Below, in pieces: positions 8,801 to 18,625 of a stretch of 64,000 nt of DNA. The translations under genes were made by a program, and so were the position numbers. Every line of letters starts with the position of its first letter. The first letter of the stretch is position 1. Under the pieces are notes generated by a model. That model was not told the DNA's origin, did no database searches, and saw only the letters and a program-made list of their open reading frames with translations. The DNA comes from Acidobacteriota bacterium (GTDB lineage: Bacteria; Acidobacteriota; UBA6911): assembly GCA_016934555.1 (NCBI GenBank), contig JAFGSS010000146.1:20061-84060 (forward strand), given 5' to 3'.

Positions 8801-8872
8801 GACGACGGCCGAAACGGAAGCTTCGGGTATCGCGGTTTCCAGGGCAATTCTACCTATGATCGCAGCATCCAT
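5825..8872 (-). CDS. tex: Transcription accessory protein Tex (YqgF/RuvC-like plus HhH plus S1 domains) with internal APEAx repeat insertion
   Basis: The N-terminus MDAAIIGRIALE...GFTGPFIVRYRKE aligns with E. coli Tex (PFIARYRKE). An S1 domain lies near the C-terminus (GMTLEGTVTNVTNFGAFVDIG). About 30 copies of A-P-E-A-[AT] are inserted in the middle. Confidence 0.9.
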   Translation of the reverse strand: MDAAIIGRIALETAIPEASVSAVVTLLKTGFTGPFIVRYRKEATAGMDETKVRAIQDRMAHYRGVLDQRSSLTKTLSEQGRLTEELRTQIESSFSRAELADLEHQFRSRKKTRAMEAIEKGLQPLAEYFWNQELDAWSAEEHIDVFVDPSKGILNREQALEGVVDILAEYVAENFEHRKKLREMLWSEGLLASSVVPAKAGQKTKYAMYYDRREPVTTIPSHRVLAIRRGCKEGVLISSIEGDNAKAIEYLASAHIRDRESLFTPVIEAAVRESYNRILRPMIESEVRSQLKERADREAIRIFQENLANLLLSPPAGPIVAMGVDWGKGNECSVAVIDETGRFLEGARVRFTPGSGTSPAPPTAPRAESLAGPIGAVLGDAPALDKLEISSGRDEVPCPPAADAGADTETAVPDAAVPEPAPPEATASEAVSPEAAAPEATAPEAVAPEATAPEAVAPEATAPEAAAPEATAPEAAAPEATAPEAAAPEATAPEAAAPEATAPEAAAPEATAPEAAAPEAAAPEAAAPEAAAPEAAAPEAAAPEAAAPEAVAPAGDAGTVLRDLIARHKVRAVAFGTGTGARELENLLRQIVTETGSNDIMIASVNDAGIAIYASSRIAREELPDSGASLRCAMSLARRLQDPLAELVKIDPKLIGVGQYQHDVDQKELHRGLIQTVQYCVNSVGVNPNTARESLLRYVSGLNDKLARKIVGFRNSQDFFRSREGLKTAIGLDDASYRQAAGFLRIPDGDHPLDRTAIHPEAYPVVEKMAAAQGGEVRELLENREKVTSLKLDDFVTDEIGLPTLDDIREELLHPGRDPRKAFRVPKFRSDVRQMSDLEPGMTLEGTVTNVTNFGAFVDIGVRQDGLVHLSQMSNRFIRDPREAVKVGDIVQVKVLSVEMETQRIGLSMKALLGGGRRRQKPQRRVRKTPPTPREAQNGGGTGPDARNASRPDRPGAGRSREASGRRRGPRKPEGSRKPENTPAPDRNEDPASDGPAPTLQEKIAILQSKFRGIH
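7215..7640. repeat. Tandem 15-nt (5-codon) repeat, about 28-30 copies, inside tex
   Basis: Direct repeats gcttcgggcgctgcc / gcctcaggcgctgcc / gcttcgggtgccgtc... are read on the minus strand as APEAA/APEAT/APEAV. They also generate artefactual + strand ORFs (ASGAAASG..., LQLRVPSPRA...). Confidence 0.9.
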
Positions 8873-8957
8873 GGGCGCTATTCTTACCGAGGTGGAAGGC
8901 AGAATCAACCGGTAAATGCGGGCCCGGGCCGATTCGAAGCCGCACGGGCAGCCGCAT

Positions 8958-9758
8958 CTACCAGGGGAAGCCGATTCCGGGGGAGATTCCTATGGTCCTC
9001 CGGTTCGAGGCGGGCGGCTGCGGTTGCACGACTTGGGGGCGCCGCTCGGCGTTGCGGCCGGCATCGCGGATTTCATCGGCCGTGAATTCCAGCTCAAGGT
9101 AGGAGAACCGCAACGGTTTGAGCAATTCGAGATCGAACCGGGTGCCGGGCGCGATCACCAGGTCGCGCCCCCGCGAGAAGAGGACCGAGGCGACACCGGC
9201 GGCGGCCCCGGCCCCGGCGCCGACGGCGGCTCCCGATCCGCGGCCGATGACGGCCCCGATGATGGCCCCCTGCGCGGTGGTGCCCACGATCGTCCCGGCG
9301 TCCTCTCCCTCCGAGCCCGCGGCCTTGACCGTTTCGGAGCCGCGGTCGATGCTTTCGTCCCCCGGTCCGTGCAGGCCGCGGAAGGAGGCCGCCAGGTCGC
9401 GGCGGATCCCGTTGGGAAGCAGGATGTCGTCGAAGCGCAGCGCGATCCTCCCCTTGCCCCGGATCCGCCCGGGGCGCTCGACCATCGTCACGGTTCCCCT
9501 GATGGTGGATCCCCGGGGGATGACGAGCCGCTGATCGATCCAGACGGGGTAGGTGGTGTCGGCGTAGAAGGTGTCGCTTTCCTTGCTGCTGTGCGTGTTC
9601 AGGTAGTCGGACAGCGCGATGGGGATAACCGTCCCGGCGGGAACGACCATTTCCTCCAGGGGCCGGGTTGTGGCTTCCTCCCCCGGCGCCGCCTCCGCGG
9701 CCGTCAACCCGGACAGGAGCAGCAATGGAACCAGAGCGCGCCAACCCGATATCGGCAT
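8958..9758 (-). CDS. Secreted protein with signal peptide and Gly/Ala-rich (glycine-zipper-like) segment
   Basis: The N-terminus MPISGWRALVPLLLLSGLTAAEAAPG is a signal peptide. The middle segment GAIIGAVIGRGSGAAVGAGAGAAAGVA is Gly/Ala-rich. No confident family assignment. Confidence 0.6.
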   Translation of the reverse strand: MPISGWRALVPLLLLSGLTAAEAAPGEEATTRPLEEMVVPAGTVIPIALSDYLNTHSSKESDTFYADTTYPVWIDQRLVIPRGSTIRGTVTMVERPGRIRGKGRIALRFDDILLPNGIRRDLAASFRGLHGPGDESIDRGSETVKAAGSEGEDAGTIVGTTAQGAIIGAVIGRGSGAAVGAGAGAAAGVASVLFSRGRDLVIAPGTRFDLELLKPLRFSYLELEFTADEIRDAGRNAERRPQVVQPQPPASNRRTIGISPGIGFPW

Positions 9759-10021
9759 GATCTTCCTCCCCCCGGCGCCCCTTCCGCAGGGGTGCGCCCG
9801 GCAGATTGTATAATTATAGACGGGATCCGCGGGGCGCGGGGTTCAATTTTTCCACCCCGGTCCCGACAGGGAGCCGGCGGAAGACGGGGATCCCCGGGGG
9901 GGGCCTGCGGGGGGCGTTGGGATACAGTGGTGGATAAAGGGCCCCGGGGCCTGATACAATCCCCCTGACGCTTTCAGGTCGCCGGGGATCCGATAACGGT
10001 ATCCATTTCCCGAGGTTACGC

Positions 10022-12814
10022 ATGATTCCAGAAAGCCCTGCAGGACCGGACCTCACCCGTCCCGTCCCCCCGCGCACCGATCTTTCCGACAGCATGCTCC
10101 ATCGCCATGAACAGCCGCTCGGCGCCTTTTTCTCCCCTCGGACGGTCGCGGTCCTGGGCGCGACGGAAAGCGCCGACAGCATCGGCAGGGCGGTGCTGTG
10201 GAACCTGGTGACGAACCCGTTCGGCGGCACCGTTTTCCCCGTCAACCCCGAGCATGCGAGCGTTCTGGGGATCAAGGCGTACCCCGCCGTTTCCGCCGTC
10301 CCGGAAAAAGTGGACCTGGCCGTGGTGGCGACCCCGGCCGAATCGGTCCCCGATCTGGTTGCCGAATGCGTGGAGGCCGGGGTCAAGGCGGCCGTCATCC
10401 TTTCCGCCGGCTTCAAGGAGACCGGTCCTGCCGGCCTGAAAATCGAGGAGGCGATCCTGGCTAACGCCCGGCGCGGAACGATGCGCATCATCGGCCCCAA
10501 CTGCCTGGGCGTCATGAGCCCGCTGACCGGGCTGAACGCCACGTACGCCGGCGGCATGGCGAGGGCGGGGAACGTGGCCTTTCTCAGCCAGAGCAGCGCC
10601 CTGTGCACCGCCGTGCTCGATTGGAGCCTGCGGGAAATGGTGGGCTTCAGCTGCTTCATTTCCGTCGGGTCGATGCTCGATGTCGGGTGGGGGGATCTGA
10701 TCGATTACCTGGGCGAGGACCAGCGGACCCGCAGCATCCTGATCTACATGGAATCGATCGGGGATGCACGCGCCTTTCTCAGCGCCGCCCGGGAGGTGGC
10801 CCTTACCAAACCCATCATCCTCATCAAGGGGGGGAGGACGGAGCCGAGCGTGCGCGCCGCCGCATCGCACACCGGTTCCCTGGCCGGGTCGGATGACGTC
10901 CTGGACGCGGTCTTTCGCCGCGGGGGCGTGCTGCGCGTCAACAACATTTCCGACCTTTTTTACATGGCGGAGGTCCTGGCCAAGCAGCCCAAACCCAGGG
11001 GGCCGCGTTTGGCCATCGTCACCAACGCGGGGGGGCTGGGGGTGATGGCCACCGACGCCCTCATCAGCGGGGGGGGGGAACTGGCCACCCTGGGGGCGGA
11101 ATCGGTGGAGGAACTCGACCGGCTTCTGCCCGAATACTGGAGCCACATCAACCCCGTCGACATCCTCGGCGACGCCTCCCCCGAGCGCTACCAGAGCGCG
11201 GTGGAAATCGCCGCCAAGGATCCCGGCAGCGACGGCGTCCTGGTCATCCTGGCGCCCCAGGCCGGTACCGATTCCACGCGGACCGCGGAGCAGTTGAGGC
11301 CGCTGGCAAGGCTGGGCGACAAGCCGATCCTGGCCAGCTGGATGGGGGGGGCGGCCGTGGCGGCGGGCGAGGCCATCCTGAACCGGAACAACATCCCCAC
11401 CTTCCCCTACCCGGACACCGCCGTGCGGGCGTTCAATTACATGTGGCGCTACACCTACAACCTGCGCGGCCTGTACGAAACGCCCATGCTCACCCCCTCC
11501 CTGGACGGGGTGAGGGACCGGACGCTGGCGGAGGAGAGGGTGCGCGCGGCGCGGGAGGCGGGGCGGACGCTGCTGAATGAATTCGAATCCAAGAAGATCC
11601 TGGAAGCCTACGCCATCCCCTCCGTGGAAACGCGCATGACGTCCGCGGAGGAGGATGCCGTCCGGCTGGCTGGGGAGATCGGGTATCCCGTGGTGCTCAA
11701 GCTCGCCTCCGACCGGATCGCGCACAAGCACCAGGCCGGGGGTGTGCGGCTCAATCTCGGGGATGCGGCGGCCGTACGCCGGGCGTTCCAGGGGATCCGG
11801 GAGACGATCCTCGACCTTTACGGCCCCGATCATTTCCAGGGGGTTACCGTCCAGCCGATGATGCGCTCCGACGGGTTCGATCTCATCATCGGGAGCTTTC
11901 TCGATCCGCAGTTCGGCCCGGTGCTGATGTTCGGCTCCGGGGGGAGGCAGCTGGAGATCTACAAGGACCGGGCCCTGGCCCTCCCACCGCTCAACATGAC
12001 GCTGGCGCGGCGGCTCATGGAGCAGACGAGGGTTTACGAGGCGATGAAGAAGCGGACCGATATCGACCTGCAGGCGCTCGAGCAGCTGCTGGTCCTGTTC
12101 AGCCTGCTGGTGGTGGAACAGCGCTGGATCCGGGAAATCGATATCAACCCGCTGCTGGTCGGCGCCGACCGGATCCTCGCCCTGGACGCGCGCATCATCG
12201 TGCACGAAGCGCTGACGCTTCCGGAATCGCTCCCGCGGCTGGCGATCCGCCCCTATCCCACCCGCTATGTCTTTCCCTGGACCATGCCGGACGGCACCGC
12301 CGTCACCATCCGGCCGATCCGGCCGGAGGATGAGCCGTTGATGGTCCGGTTTCACGAGACCCTTTCGGAACGGAGCGTCTACCTCCGCTATTTCCACAAC
12401 CTGCGCCTGGCTCAGCGCATTGCGCACGAACAGCTCACCCGCATCTGTTTCATCGACTACGGGCGCGAGATCGCCCTGGTCATTCTGAAGAAAGGACCCG
12501 GCGGGGACGACATCATCGCCATCGGCCGGTTGATCAAGGTCCCCGGGACCCGGGACGGGGAATTTGCCATCCTCGTCAGCGACAACTGGCATCACCGCGG
12601 GCTGGGCCACGAGCTGCTCAAGCGGCTGCTGGAAGTCGGGCGCGAGGAGAAACTCGAACGTGTTTACGGTGAAATCCTCCCGGAGAACCGGGACATGTTG
12701 CGGGTGTGCGACAAGCTCGGTTTCCGGCGCCACTATTGCGCGGAAGAAGGGGTCGTCCGGGCCGAGCGGGAACTGCAGGGATGCATCCGGACCGCGGGTG
12801 CGGATGCGGGGTAA
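10022..12814 (+). CDS. Pat-type protein lysine acetyltransferase: NDP-forming acyl-CoA synthetase-like domains fused to C-terminal GNAT
   Basis: The N-terminal CoA-binding/succinyl-CoA-ligase-like region ([18 protein letters not shown]...IGPNCLG) is followed by an ATP-grasp region. The C-terminal GNAT has the [10 protein letters not shown] motif. At 930 aa it matches the Pat/PatZ (YfiQ) architecture. Confidence 0.85.
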   Translation: MIPESPAGPDLTRPVPPRTDLSDSMLHRHEQPLGAFFSPRTVAVLGATESADSIGRAVLWNLVTNPFGGTVFPVNPEHASVLGIKAYPAVSAVPEKVDLAVVATPAESVPDLVAECVEAGVKAAVILSAGFKETGPAGLKIEEAILANARRGTMRIIGPNCLGVMSPLTGLNATYAGGMARAGNVAFLSQSSALCTAVLDWSLREMVGFSCFISVGSMLDVGWGDLIDYLGEDQRTRSILIYMESIGDARAFLSAAREVALTKPIILIKGGRTEPSVRAAASHTGSLAGSDDVLDAVFRRGGVLRVNNISDLFYMAEVLAKQPKPRGPRLAIVTNAGGLGVMATDALISGGGELATLGAESVEELDRLLPEYWSHINPVDILGDASPERYQSAVEIAAKDPGSDGVLVILAPQAGTDSTRTAEQLRPLARLGDKPILASWMGGAAVAAGEAILNRNNIPTFPYPDTAVRAFNYMWRYTYNLRGLYETPMLTPSLDGVRDRTLAEERVRAAREAGRTLLNEFESKKILEAYAIPSVETRMTSAEEDAVRLAGEIGYPVVLKLASDRIAHKHQAGGVRLNLGDAAAVRRAFQGIRETILDLYGPDHFQGVTVQPMMRSDGFDLIIGSFLDPQFGPVLMFGSGGRQLEIYKDRALALPPLNMTLARRLMEQTRVYEAMKKRTDIDLQALEQLLVLFSLLVVEQRWIREIDINPLLVGADRILALDARIIVHEALTLPESLPRLAIRPYPTRYVFPWTMPDGTAVTIRPIRPEDEPLMVRFHETLSERSVYLRYFHNLRLAQRIAHEQLTRICFIDYGREIALVILKKGPGGDDIIAIGRLIKVPGTRDGEFAILVSDNWHHRGLGHELLKRLLEVGREEKLERVYGEILPENRDMLRVCDKLGFRRHYCAEEGVVRAERELQGCIRTAGADAG

Positions 12815-12857
12815 AATGCTGTGAACGGACCCTTACTTTTGCGCCGGAGAATCTGAT

Positions 12858-13853
12858 ATGGATCTGAGTGCCCGATACCTGGGATTGAATTTGAGAACGC
12901 CTTTGGTCCCTTCCGCCTCCCCCCTTTCGGAGGACGTGGATTCCATAAAACGCCTGGAGGACGCCGGCGCTTCGGCCGTGGTGCTGCATTCGGTTTTCGA
13001 AGAGCAGGTGCGGGGCGAGCAGGAGGCGGTCGAGTACCATAGGATGTACGGTACGGACAGCTTTCCCGAGGCCCTTTCCTTTTTCCCCGAGCCTGCCCAG
13101 TTCGCCACCGGTCCCGAGGAGTACCTCGACAAGATCCGCAAGGCGAAGGAGTCGGTGAAGATCCCCCTCATCGGCAGCCTGAACGGCGCGGCCCTGGGCG
13201 GGTGGGTCGATTTCGCGCGGCAGATCGAACAGGCGGGAGCCGACGCGCTCGAGCTGAACGTCTACTCCGTGCCCACGGAAATGGACCGCAACGGCGCCGA
13301 GGTGGAGCAGTCGTGCATCGACATCCTCAAAGGGGTGAAATCGGTGGTCCACCTGCCGGTGGCCATCAAGCTGCACCCGTTTTTCAGCAACATGGCCCAC
13401 ATGGCCAAGCGGCTGGACCGGGAGGGAGCGGACGCCCTGGTTCTCTTCAACCGCTTTTATCAGCCCGACATCGACCTGGAAAACCTCGAGGTGCGGCCGC
13501 GCGTCAACCTCAGCACCCCGCAAGACATGCGCCTGCCGCTGCGGTGGGTGGCCATCCTGTACAGCCGGGTGAAAGCCGATCTGGCGGCCACCAGCGGGAT
13601 CCATTCGGCCCAGGATGTCCTCAAGATGCTGATGGCGGGGGCCGATGTCACCATGCTCTGTTCGGTGCTGCTGACCCGGGGTTTGGACGCACTGCGGCAG
13701 ATCGAGACCGACATGAGCAACTGGATGGCGGAGCACGACTACCAGTCGGTGCGGCAGTTGCAGGGGTCGATGAGCCAGAAGTACTGTTCCGACCCGGCCG
13801 CCTTCGAGCGCGCCCAGTACATGAAGACCCTGATGTCCTACCGGCGGGAGTGA
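12858..13853 (+). CDS. Dihydroorotate dehydrogenase-like (PyrD/PreA-family TIM-barrel) protein
   Basis: 331 aa, starting MDLSARYLGLNLRTPLVPSASPLSE...GASAVVLHSVFEEQ, with IGSLNG motifs typical of DHOD-like flavoproteins. It lies 44 nt downstream of pat on the same strand. Confidence 0.8.
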   Translation: MDLSARYLGLNLRTPLVPSASPLSEDVDSIKRLEDAGASAVVLHSVFEEQVRGEQEAVEYHRMYGTDSFPEALSFFPEPAQFATGPEEYLDKIRKAKESVKIPLIGSLNGAALGGWVDFARQIEQAGADALELNVYSVPTEMDRNGAEVEQSCIDILKGVKSVVHLPVAIKLHPFFSNMAHMAKRLDREGADALVLFNRFYQPDIDLENLEVRPRVNLSTPQDMRLPLRWVAILYSRVKADLAATSGIHSAQDVLKMLMAGADVTMLCSVLLTRGLDALRQIETDMSNWMAEHDYQSVRQLQGSMSQKYCSDPAAFERAQYMKTLMSYRRE

Positions 13854-13864
13854 GCCGGCGGCCG

Positions 13865-16525
13865 TCACAGCGTGCCCCGTTCCAGGAGGCCCCGGAGGTG
13901 GCTGGAGATCGCGTAGCGGACGCCGTCGGTTTCGAAGGTGACGGCCCCCAGGTCCGCCGTGACGAAGGTCCGGACGTTGTGGTCGCGCAACCGCCCCGAC
14001 ACCTCGGCGGAGGGATGGCCGAACGGGTTGCGGCTCCCCGCGGAGATGACGGCCCAGCGCGGCGCGGAGCTTTCCAGAAACGCCTCCGAGGTGGCCGACC
14101 GGCTGCCGTGGTGCGCGACCTTCAGAAGAGGGCTTTCGAGGCGGAAGCCGTGCGCCAGGAGTTCCTCCTCTCCGCGCTTTTCGAGGTCGCCTGTCAGCAG
14201 GGCCGAAAAGCGGCGGAAGGCGAAGCGGATCACGAGCGAGCGGTCGTTGGCCGACGTCGGCGCGCCCTCCCGGCCCGGGTGAAGGACCCGGATGCGGACC
14301 GGGCCCCGGTCGAGCACGGCCCCCCGGCCCACCCGGGTCACGGGGATCCCTTTTCTTTCCGCGGTTTCGAGGATCCTGGCCAGGATGCGCGCATCCTCCC
14401 GCGCGGGAGCGCAGCCGAATTCGCGGACGGCGAAGTTCGACAGGACCGCGGGGATCCCTCCGGCGTGATCCATGTCCGCGTGCGACAGGAGAACCCTCTC
14501 CGGCCGGAGCATCCACCGGTGCCAGAGAAAGCGGCTTACGACCGCTTCGCCGATGTCGAACCCCTCCCCGCTCTCCTCCTCCGCCGGGGGGAGGACGAGG
14601 CCCCCCGCATCCAGGAGCCAGAGGCCGCCGTCGGGAAAACGGATGACGATCGCATCCCCTTCGCCGACATCCAGGAAAGTGAATCCCAGGACCGGGGCGG
14701 GGTCCCGCCCGGCGCCCCGGCCGGCCAGGGCGGCCCGGGGCCGGAGCCGGTCGAGGGTGGACTGCACGAGGGAGGTCGAGGCCGTGGCCGGGACCAGGAG
14801 GGCGGCGGCCACGAGAGCCGCCGGGACCCAGCGTCGGCGCCACCGGAGGAAGGACCAGAGGAAAAGGAGGCCGATAGAGCCCCACACCCAGGCGGCCGGC
14901 GGGGTCGGGCATCGCTGCCAGGCGCCGGGGATCGCGGCCGCGCCGCGGGCGCAGGCAAGGAGGAGGGTGGCGCATTTTCCGGCGATCGGTACAAGGGCCG
15001 CCCCGGGCCCTCCGGGGGCCAGGGCGGCCCCGAGGCCGGCGGCCAGGGTCAGGGAGGAGAGCGGAACCATGACCACGTTGGCCAGCGGTCCGATCCAGCT
15101 GATGCGGTTGTAGCTGTGGGCCAGCAGGAGCCCGATCCACAGCTCGACCGCGAGCGAAAGGAGGACCAGGCTCCCCGCCGCCGCCACGGCGTCGGCCGCA
15201 CGACGGCAGGCCCATTGAAACGCCCGCGCGGCGCCGGGGGAAACCCGGTCGGCCATCGCCTCGGCGGTCAGTTCGAGCCCGAAGCGCAGGCGCCGGCCGA
15301 GGCGGTGCCATCGGCCCGGCCGGAGGAAGAGGCGGTCCGCCTCGCCCGCATGCCGCGCGGGCGCGCAGACGGGGTTCCAGCAGCCTTCGATGAGGGGGGA
15401 TGCGGTCATCACGATGGCCAGGACGGAAAGAAAAGAAAGCTGGAACCCGATTTCGAACAGCCAGCCCGGGTTGGCCGCAAGCAGGATGAGGGCCGCGGCG
15501 AAAAGGAGGTTGACCGAATCGGCGTGCCGGAAGAGCATGCGCCCGAGCAGGTAGAGCGCAAATACCCAGAAACAGCGGGTGATGCTCGCCTGGAAGCCGA
15601 CGATCACCGTATAGGCCAGGATGGCCATGCCCGCCGTCAGGTAGCGGAGGCGTTCCGGGAGCCGGGCGCGCCGGGCCAGGCAGAGGAGAACCCCCGCGAT
15701 CCAGGCGACGTGAAGGCCGGACACCACCAGGACGTGGAGCGTTCCGGAGTTTCTGAAGGCCTCGCTGACAGGAGCGGTCAGCCCCGAGTAGTCGCCGATG
15801 GTCAGGCTGGCCAGGATGGCGGCCTCTACCCTGTTTCCCCGGTCGGCGAGGGGGCGGAAGGCGTTTTGCACGCGCGTGCGCGCACGCACCGCGAGACCGG
15901 TCACGGGACCGGAGCAACCCCCCGGTTCGGTTTCCAGCAGTCGGGTGGATTTGGTTCTTCCGACGATCCAGACGCCGCGCCGGGCCAGCCGGGCGACCCG
16001 GTCCTCCGAGCCCGGGTTTTCGAAATTGCGGGGGCGGCGCCAGACGCCCCATCCCCTGACCCGGTCCCCCCGTGCGAGCAGAGGCGTTCTCCCGCCCTCG
16101 CCCTGCGCCCCGGGGAGGGCGACGCGCAGAATCCCCATGCCCCGGCACGCGGTCCATCCCTCCCCCCGGCGCCGGGCGAGCAGCCGGAGCGTGTGCACGC
16201 TTTCCCCTCCCCTGATCCGTCCGTCATCGGCGACGCAGGCGTCGAAGGCGGAGGGTTCGTCCAGAGGAAACTCCCCCCGGGCGAGGGCGTGCCGGAGATG
16301 GGCGCGCGGGACCCCGTCGCGACGCGCCGCGGCCGCCAGGAATCCTGCCGCCGCCACGGCCGCCAGCCCGAGCGCCAGGGCCCGGCCCGGCAGGTTGCGG
16401 TGGAGGGCCAGGCCTGAGGCGGCGGCCAGCAGAAAGCCCGCCGCGAGGATCCCGCCGAAGGCATATTCCCTGAAGGCCTCGGCCAGGAGAATCCCGAGGG
16501 AGAAGGAAAGGGCCACGGCCGCCAT
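13865..16525 (-). CDS. comEC: DNA internalization competence protein ComEC/Rec2 (with C-terminal metallo-beta-lactamase domain)
   Basis: A polytopic membrane region is followed by LLSHADMDHAGG (MBL motif) and LKVAHHGSRSATS. Start was moved to ATG at 16525 (MAAVALSFSLGILL). The track's upstream 175 aa are Arg/Pro-rich junk. Confidence 0.85.
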   Translation of the reverse strand: MAAVALSFSLGILLAEAFREYAFGGILAAGFLLAAASGLALHRNLPGRALALGLAAVAAAGFLAAAARRDGVPRAHLRHALARGEFPLDEPSAFDACVADDGRIRGGESVHTLRLLARRRGEGWTACRGMGILRVALPGAQGEGGRTPLLARGDRVRGWGVWRRPRNFENPGSEDRVARLARRGVWIVGRTKSTRLLETEPGGCSGPVTGLAVRARTRVQNAFRPLADRGNRVEAAILASLTIGDYSGLTAPVSEAFRNSGTLHVLVVSGLHVAWIAGVLLCLARRARLPERLRYLTAGMAILAYTVIVGFQASITRCFWVFALYLLGRMLFRHADSVNLLFAAALILLAANPGWLFEIGFQLSFLSVLAIVMTASPLIEGCWNPVCAPARHAGEADRLFLRPGRWHRLGRRLRFGLELTAEAMADRVSPGAARAFQWACRRAADAVAAAGSLVLLSLAVELWIGLLLAHSYNRISWIGPLANVVMVPLSSLTLAAGLGAALAPGGPGAALVPIAGKCATLLLACARGAAAIPGAWQRCPTPPAAWVWGSIGLLFLWSFLRWRRRWVPAALVAAALLVPATASTSLVQSTLDRLRPRAALAGRGAGRDPAPVLGFTFLDVGEGDAIVIRFPDGGLWLLDAGGLVLPPAEEESGEGFDIGEAVVSRFLWHRWMLRPERVLLSHADMDHAGGIPAVLSNFAVREFGCAPAREDARILARILETAERKGIPVTRVGRGAVLDRGPVRIRVLHPGREGAPTSANDRSLVIRFAFRRFSALLTGDLEKRGEEELLAHGFRLESPLLKVAHHGSRSATSEAFLESSAPRWAVISAGSRNPFGHPSAEVSGRLRDHNVRTFVTADLGAVTFETDGVRYAISSHLRGLLERGTL

Positions 16526-16605
16526 GGGGCGGGCGGAGTGAGCGCGGGCGACGGGGAAGGGGAGGGCGGGGCGTGCGGATTGCAGGGGGCCCTGGTCCGG
16601 CGTGG

Positions 16606-17775
16606 CTACACCCTCGCGAGGCGGACGACGGTTTCGAAGTGATAGCTCTGGGGAAACAGGTCGAGCCCCGCCACCGAATCGATCCGGTAGTGATCGGGCA
16701 CGAGGCGGGCCAGGTCCCGGCAGAGGGTCTGGGGATCGCAGGAGACGTACGTGATCGTGCCGGGGCGCCACCGGCGGAGCTGCTCCATGACCCTTTCCCC
16801 GGCGCCGGTGCGCGGAGGGTCGAGGACGACCAGGCCGAAATCGCGCGCCTCCGCCCCCTGCATCCAATCGGCAACATCGGCGCACACCGTCTGGAGATGA
16901 CCGAAGCCAGCCCCGGCGGCATTGGACTGCAGCAGCCGGCACGCGGACGGAGAACCTTCGACGGCGACCACTTTCCGGAAGGTGCGCGCCAGGGGAAGCG
17001 AAAAGACCCCGACCCCGGCATAGAGATCGAGCGCCGCGGCCGGATCGCAATCCCGGGCGGCGGCGTCCACCAGCACGGCCAGGTCCTCCACCAGGAAATC
17101 GTTGGCCTGAAAGAAGACGTCGGGTGTCAGCCGGTAGGTGAATCCGCCGACCTGGCGCCGCAGCGTCCGCCCCGGACCGACGGCCCAGGCGCCCTCCTGT
17201 TCGGAGCAGGCGATGTCGATCTCCCCGGGCTCCCGTTCGGCTCCGGGGCTCCGGCGGCGCACCCGCAGCGCCTTGAGGGCCTCGTTCAGCGAGGGCTGGA
17301 AGAGAGGGCAGTGATCGATGTCCAGGATCGTATGCGACCCTCCCCGGAAGAAGCCGACGGCGGCGCCGGCCCCGGTCCCGGCAAACCGCATCCGGGCCCG
17401 GGAGCGGTATCCGAACGGCTGCGGCGAGGGTGCCATGGAGACGGGCAGGCCGGCGGTTTCGGGAAATCTATGATGCAGGAGCTCCTCGAGGATCCCCCGT
17501 TTGGCTTCCACCTGCCGGGCATATTCGAGATGCTGCCAGTGGCATCCCCCGCAGGCGCCGAAATGGGGACAGGCGGGGTCTGTCCGCCCCGGCCCGGGAT
17601 CCAGGATCCGCACGGCGGAGGCGCGGACAAAGTTTTTCTTTTCCTCGACCGGCCGCACCAGGAGCGTGTCCCCCGGGGCCGAGAAGGGGACGAAGACCAC
17701 CTTCCCCTCGTGTCGGCCCAGGCCGGCACCTCCGTAGACCAGTCGTTCGATCCGGAGCGTGAACGTGTGCGGCAT
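16606..17775 (-). CDS. rlmD: 23S rRNA (uracil-C5)-methyltransferase RlmD/RumA family
   Basis: TRAM-like N-terminus (TFTLRIERLVYGGAGLGR), then a CPHFGACGGCHWQH Fe-S cluster motif, then a SAM-methyltransferase fold (LDLYAGVGVFSLPLA, VLDPPRTG). Confidence 0.85.
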   Translation of the reverse strand: MPHTFTLRIERLVYGGAGLGRHEGKVVFVPFSAPGDTLLVRPVEEKKNFVRASAVRILDPGPGRTDPACPHFGACGGCHWQHLEYARQVEAKRGILEELLHHRFPETAGLPVSMAPSPQPFGYRSRARMRFAGTGAGAAVGFFRGGSHTILDIDHCPLFQPSLNEALKALRVRRRSPGAEREPGEIDIACSEQEGAWAVGPGRTLRRQVGGFTYRLTPDVFFQANDFLVEDLAVLVDAAARDCDPAAALDLYAGVGVFSLPLARTFRKVVAVEGSPSACRLLQSNAAGAGFGHLQTVCADVADWMQGAEARDFGLVVLDPPRTGAGERVMEQLRRWRPGTITYVSCDPQTLCRDLARLVPDHYRIDSVAGLDLFPQSYHFETVVRLARV

Positions 17776-17825
17776 CTCTTCCCCGTCCATGAATGATGGT
17801 CTCCCGGCCCGCCGCCCGGTCCGGA

Positions 17826-18554
17826 TCAGAGCCGGAAAAGGCTGAGCTCCCCGATCCCGTACTTCCGCCGGATCCGGTCGTGCATGTAGTTTTCGCGGAT
17901 CCGTGCGAAGGTCTCCTTCGGCAGTCTCTTCTTGTACTCCTTGAGCTCTTTTCGGGCTTCAGTCTCCCATTCGGCAGCCTCTTCGGCCGGGACGCGGCCG
18001 CCGAGCTCCTCCATCAGCAGATCGTCGAGGATTCGAAGGTCGCGTTCGAGCGCTTCCAGGTCGATGCGTGCGCCCGCGCGGCGGGAGCACTCGATCTCCT
18101 CGAGTCGGGCCTGCACGCGGACCACGCCTTCGGGAGGGTCTCCGGGGTATAGTTTCGCCGAGAGGGCGTTTATTTCAGCCATTCTCGCCGCGAGGAAGGC
18201 GCCGATCTCTTCCCCCCCCGGGACGCCGCCCCCGGGATCTTCCGGATCCTCGCCCCCCCCGCGGGCGCTGTCCCCGGTGTCCTCCCCGACATGAGAGTCT
18301 GCGTAGTCGGCGTAGGCCTCCAGGACCGCGTCATGACAGTAGCAGAGGCTGCTGACCTTGGAATGGCCCTGCGGGCGCCGCGCGCTGAAGCCGTCCATGG
18401 CGATGTCGATGCCGCGCAGTGCGATATGGAGCGGAATACCGGCGTCGCGCCAGGCGGCGATCAGGTTCCAGTCCGTCGGGGAGATCAGCAGGTGCTTGCC
18501 CCGCCTCCGCACGAAATGTTCCTCGATTTCGGTGAAGTAATTGTAGTAGTTCAT
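17826..18554 (-). CDS. Hypothetical protein, DnaD-domain-like N-terminus, acidic/Gly-rich linker, coiled-coil C-terminus
   Basis: ATG at 18554 gives MNYYNYFTEIEEHFVRRRGKHLLISPTDWNLIAAWRDAGIPLHIALRGID. This follows the F..E..FGR.LSP.E...I..W pattern of DnaD-like domains. The remaining sequence is low complexity. Confidence 0.5.
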   Translation of the reverse strand: MNYYNYFTEIEEHFVRRRGKHLLISPTDWNLIAAWRDAGIPLHIALRGIDIAMDGFSARRPQGHSKVSSLCYCHDAVLEAYADYADSHVGEDTGDSARGGGEDPEDPGGGVPGGEEIGAFLAARMAEINALSAKLYPGDPPEGVVRVQARLEEIECSRRAGARIDLEALERDLRILDDLLMEELGGRVPAEEAAEWETEARKELKEYKKRLPKETFARIRENYMHDRIRRKYGIGELSLFRL

Positions 18555-18625
18555 CCTCTCCAACCGGAAAAGGGGATTGTGCCATAAAAAGGGGGAGAAG
18601 GGGAGCCGCGGCGGCCCGTGGGCTC

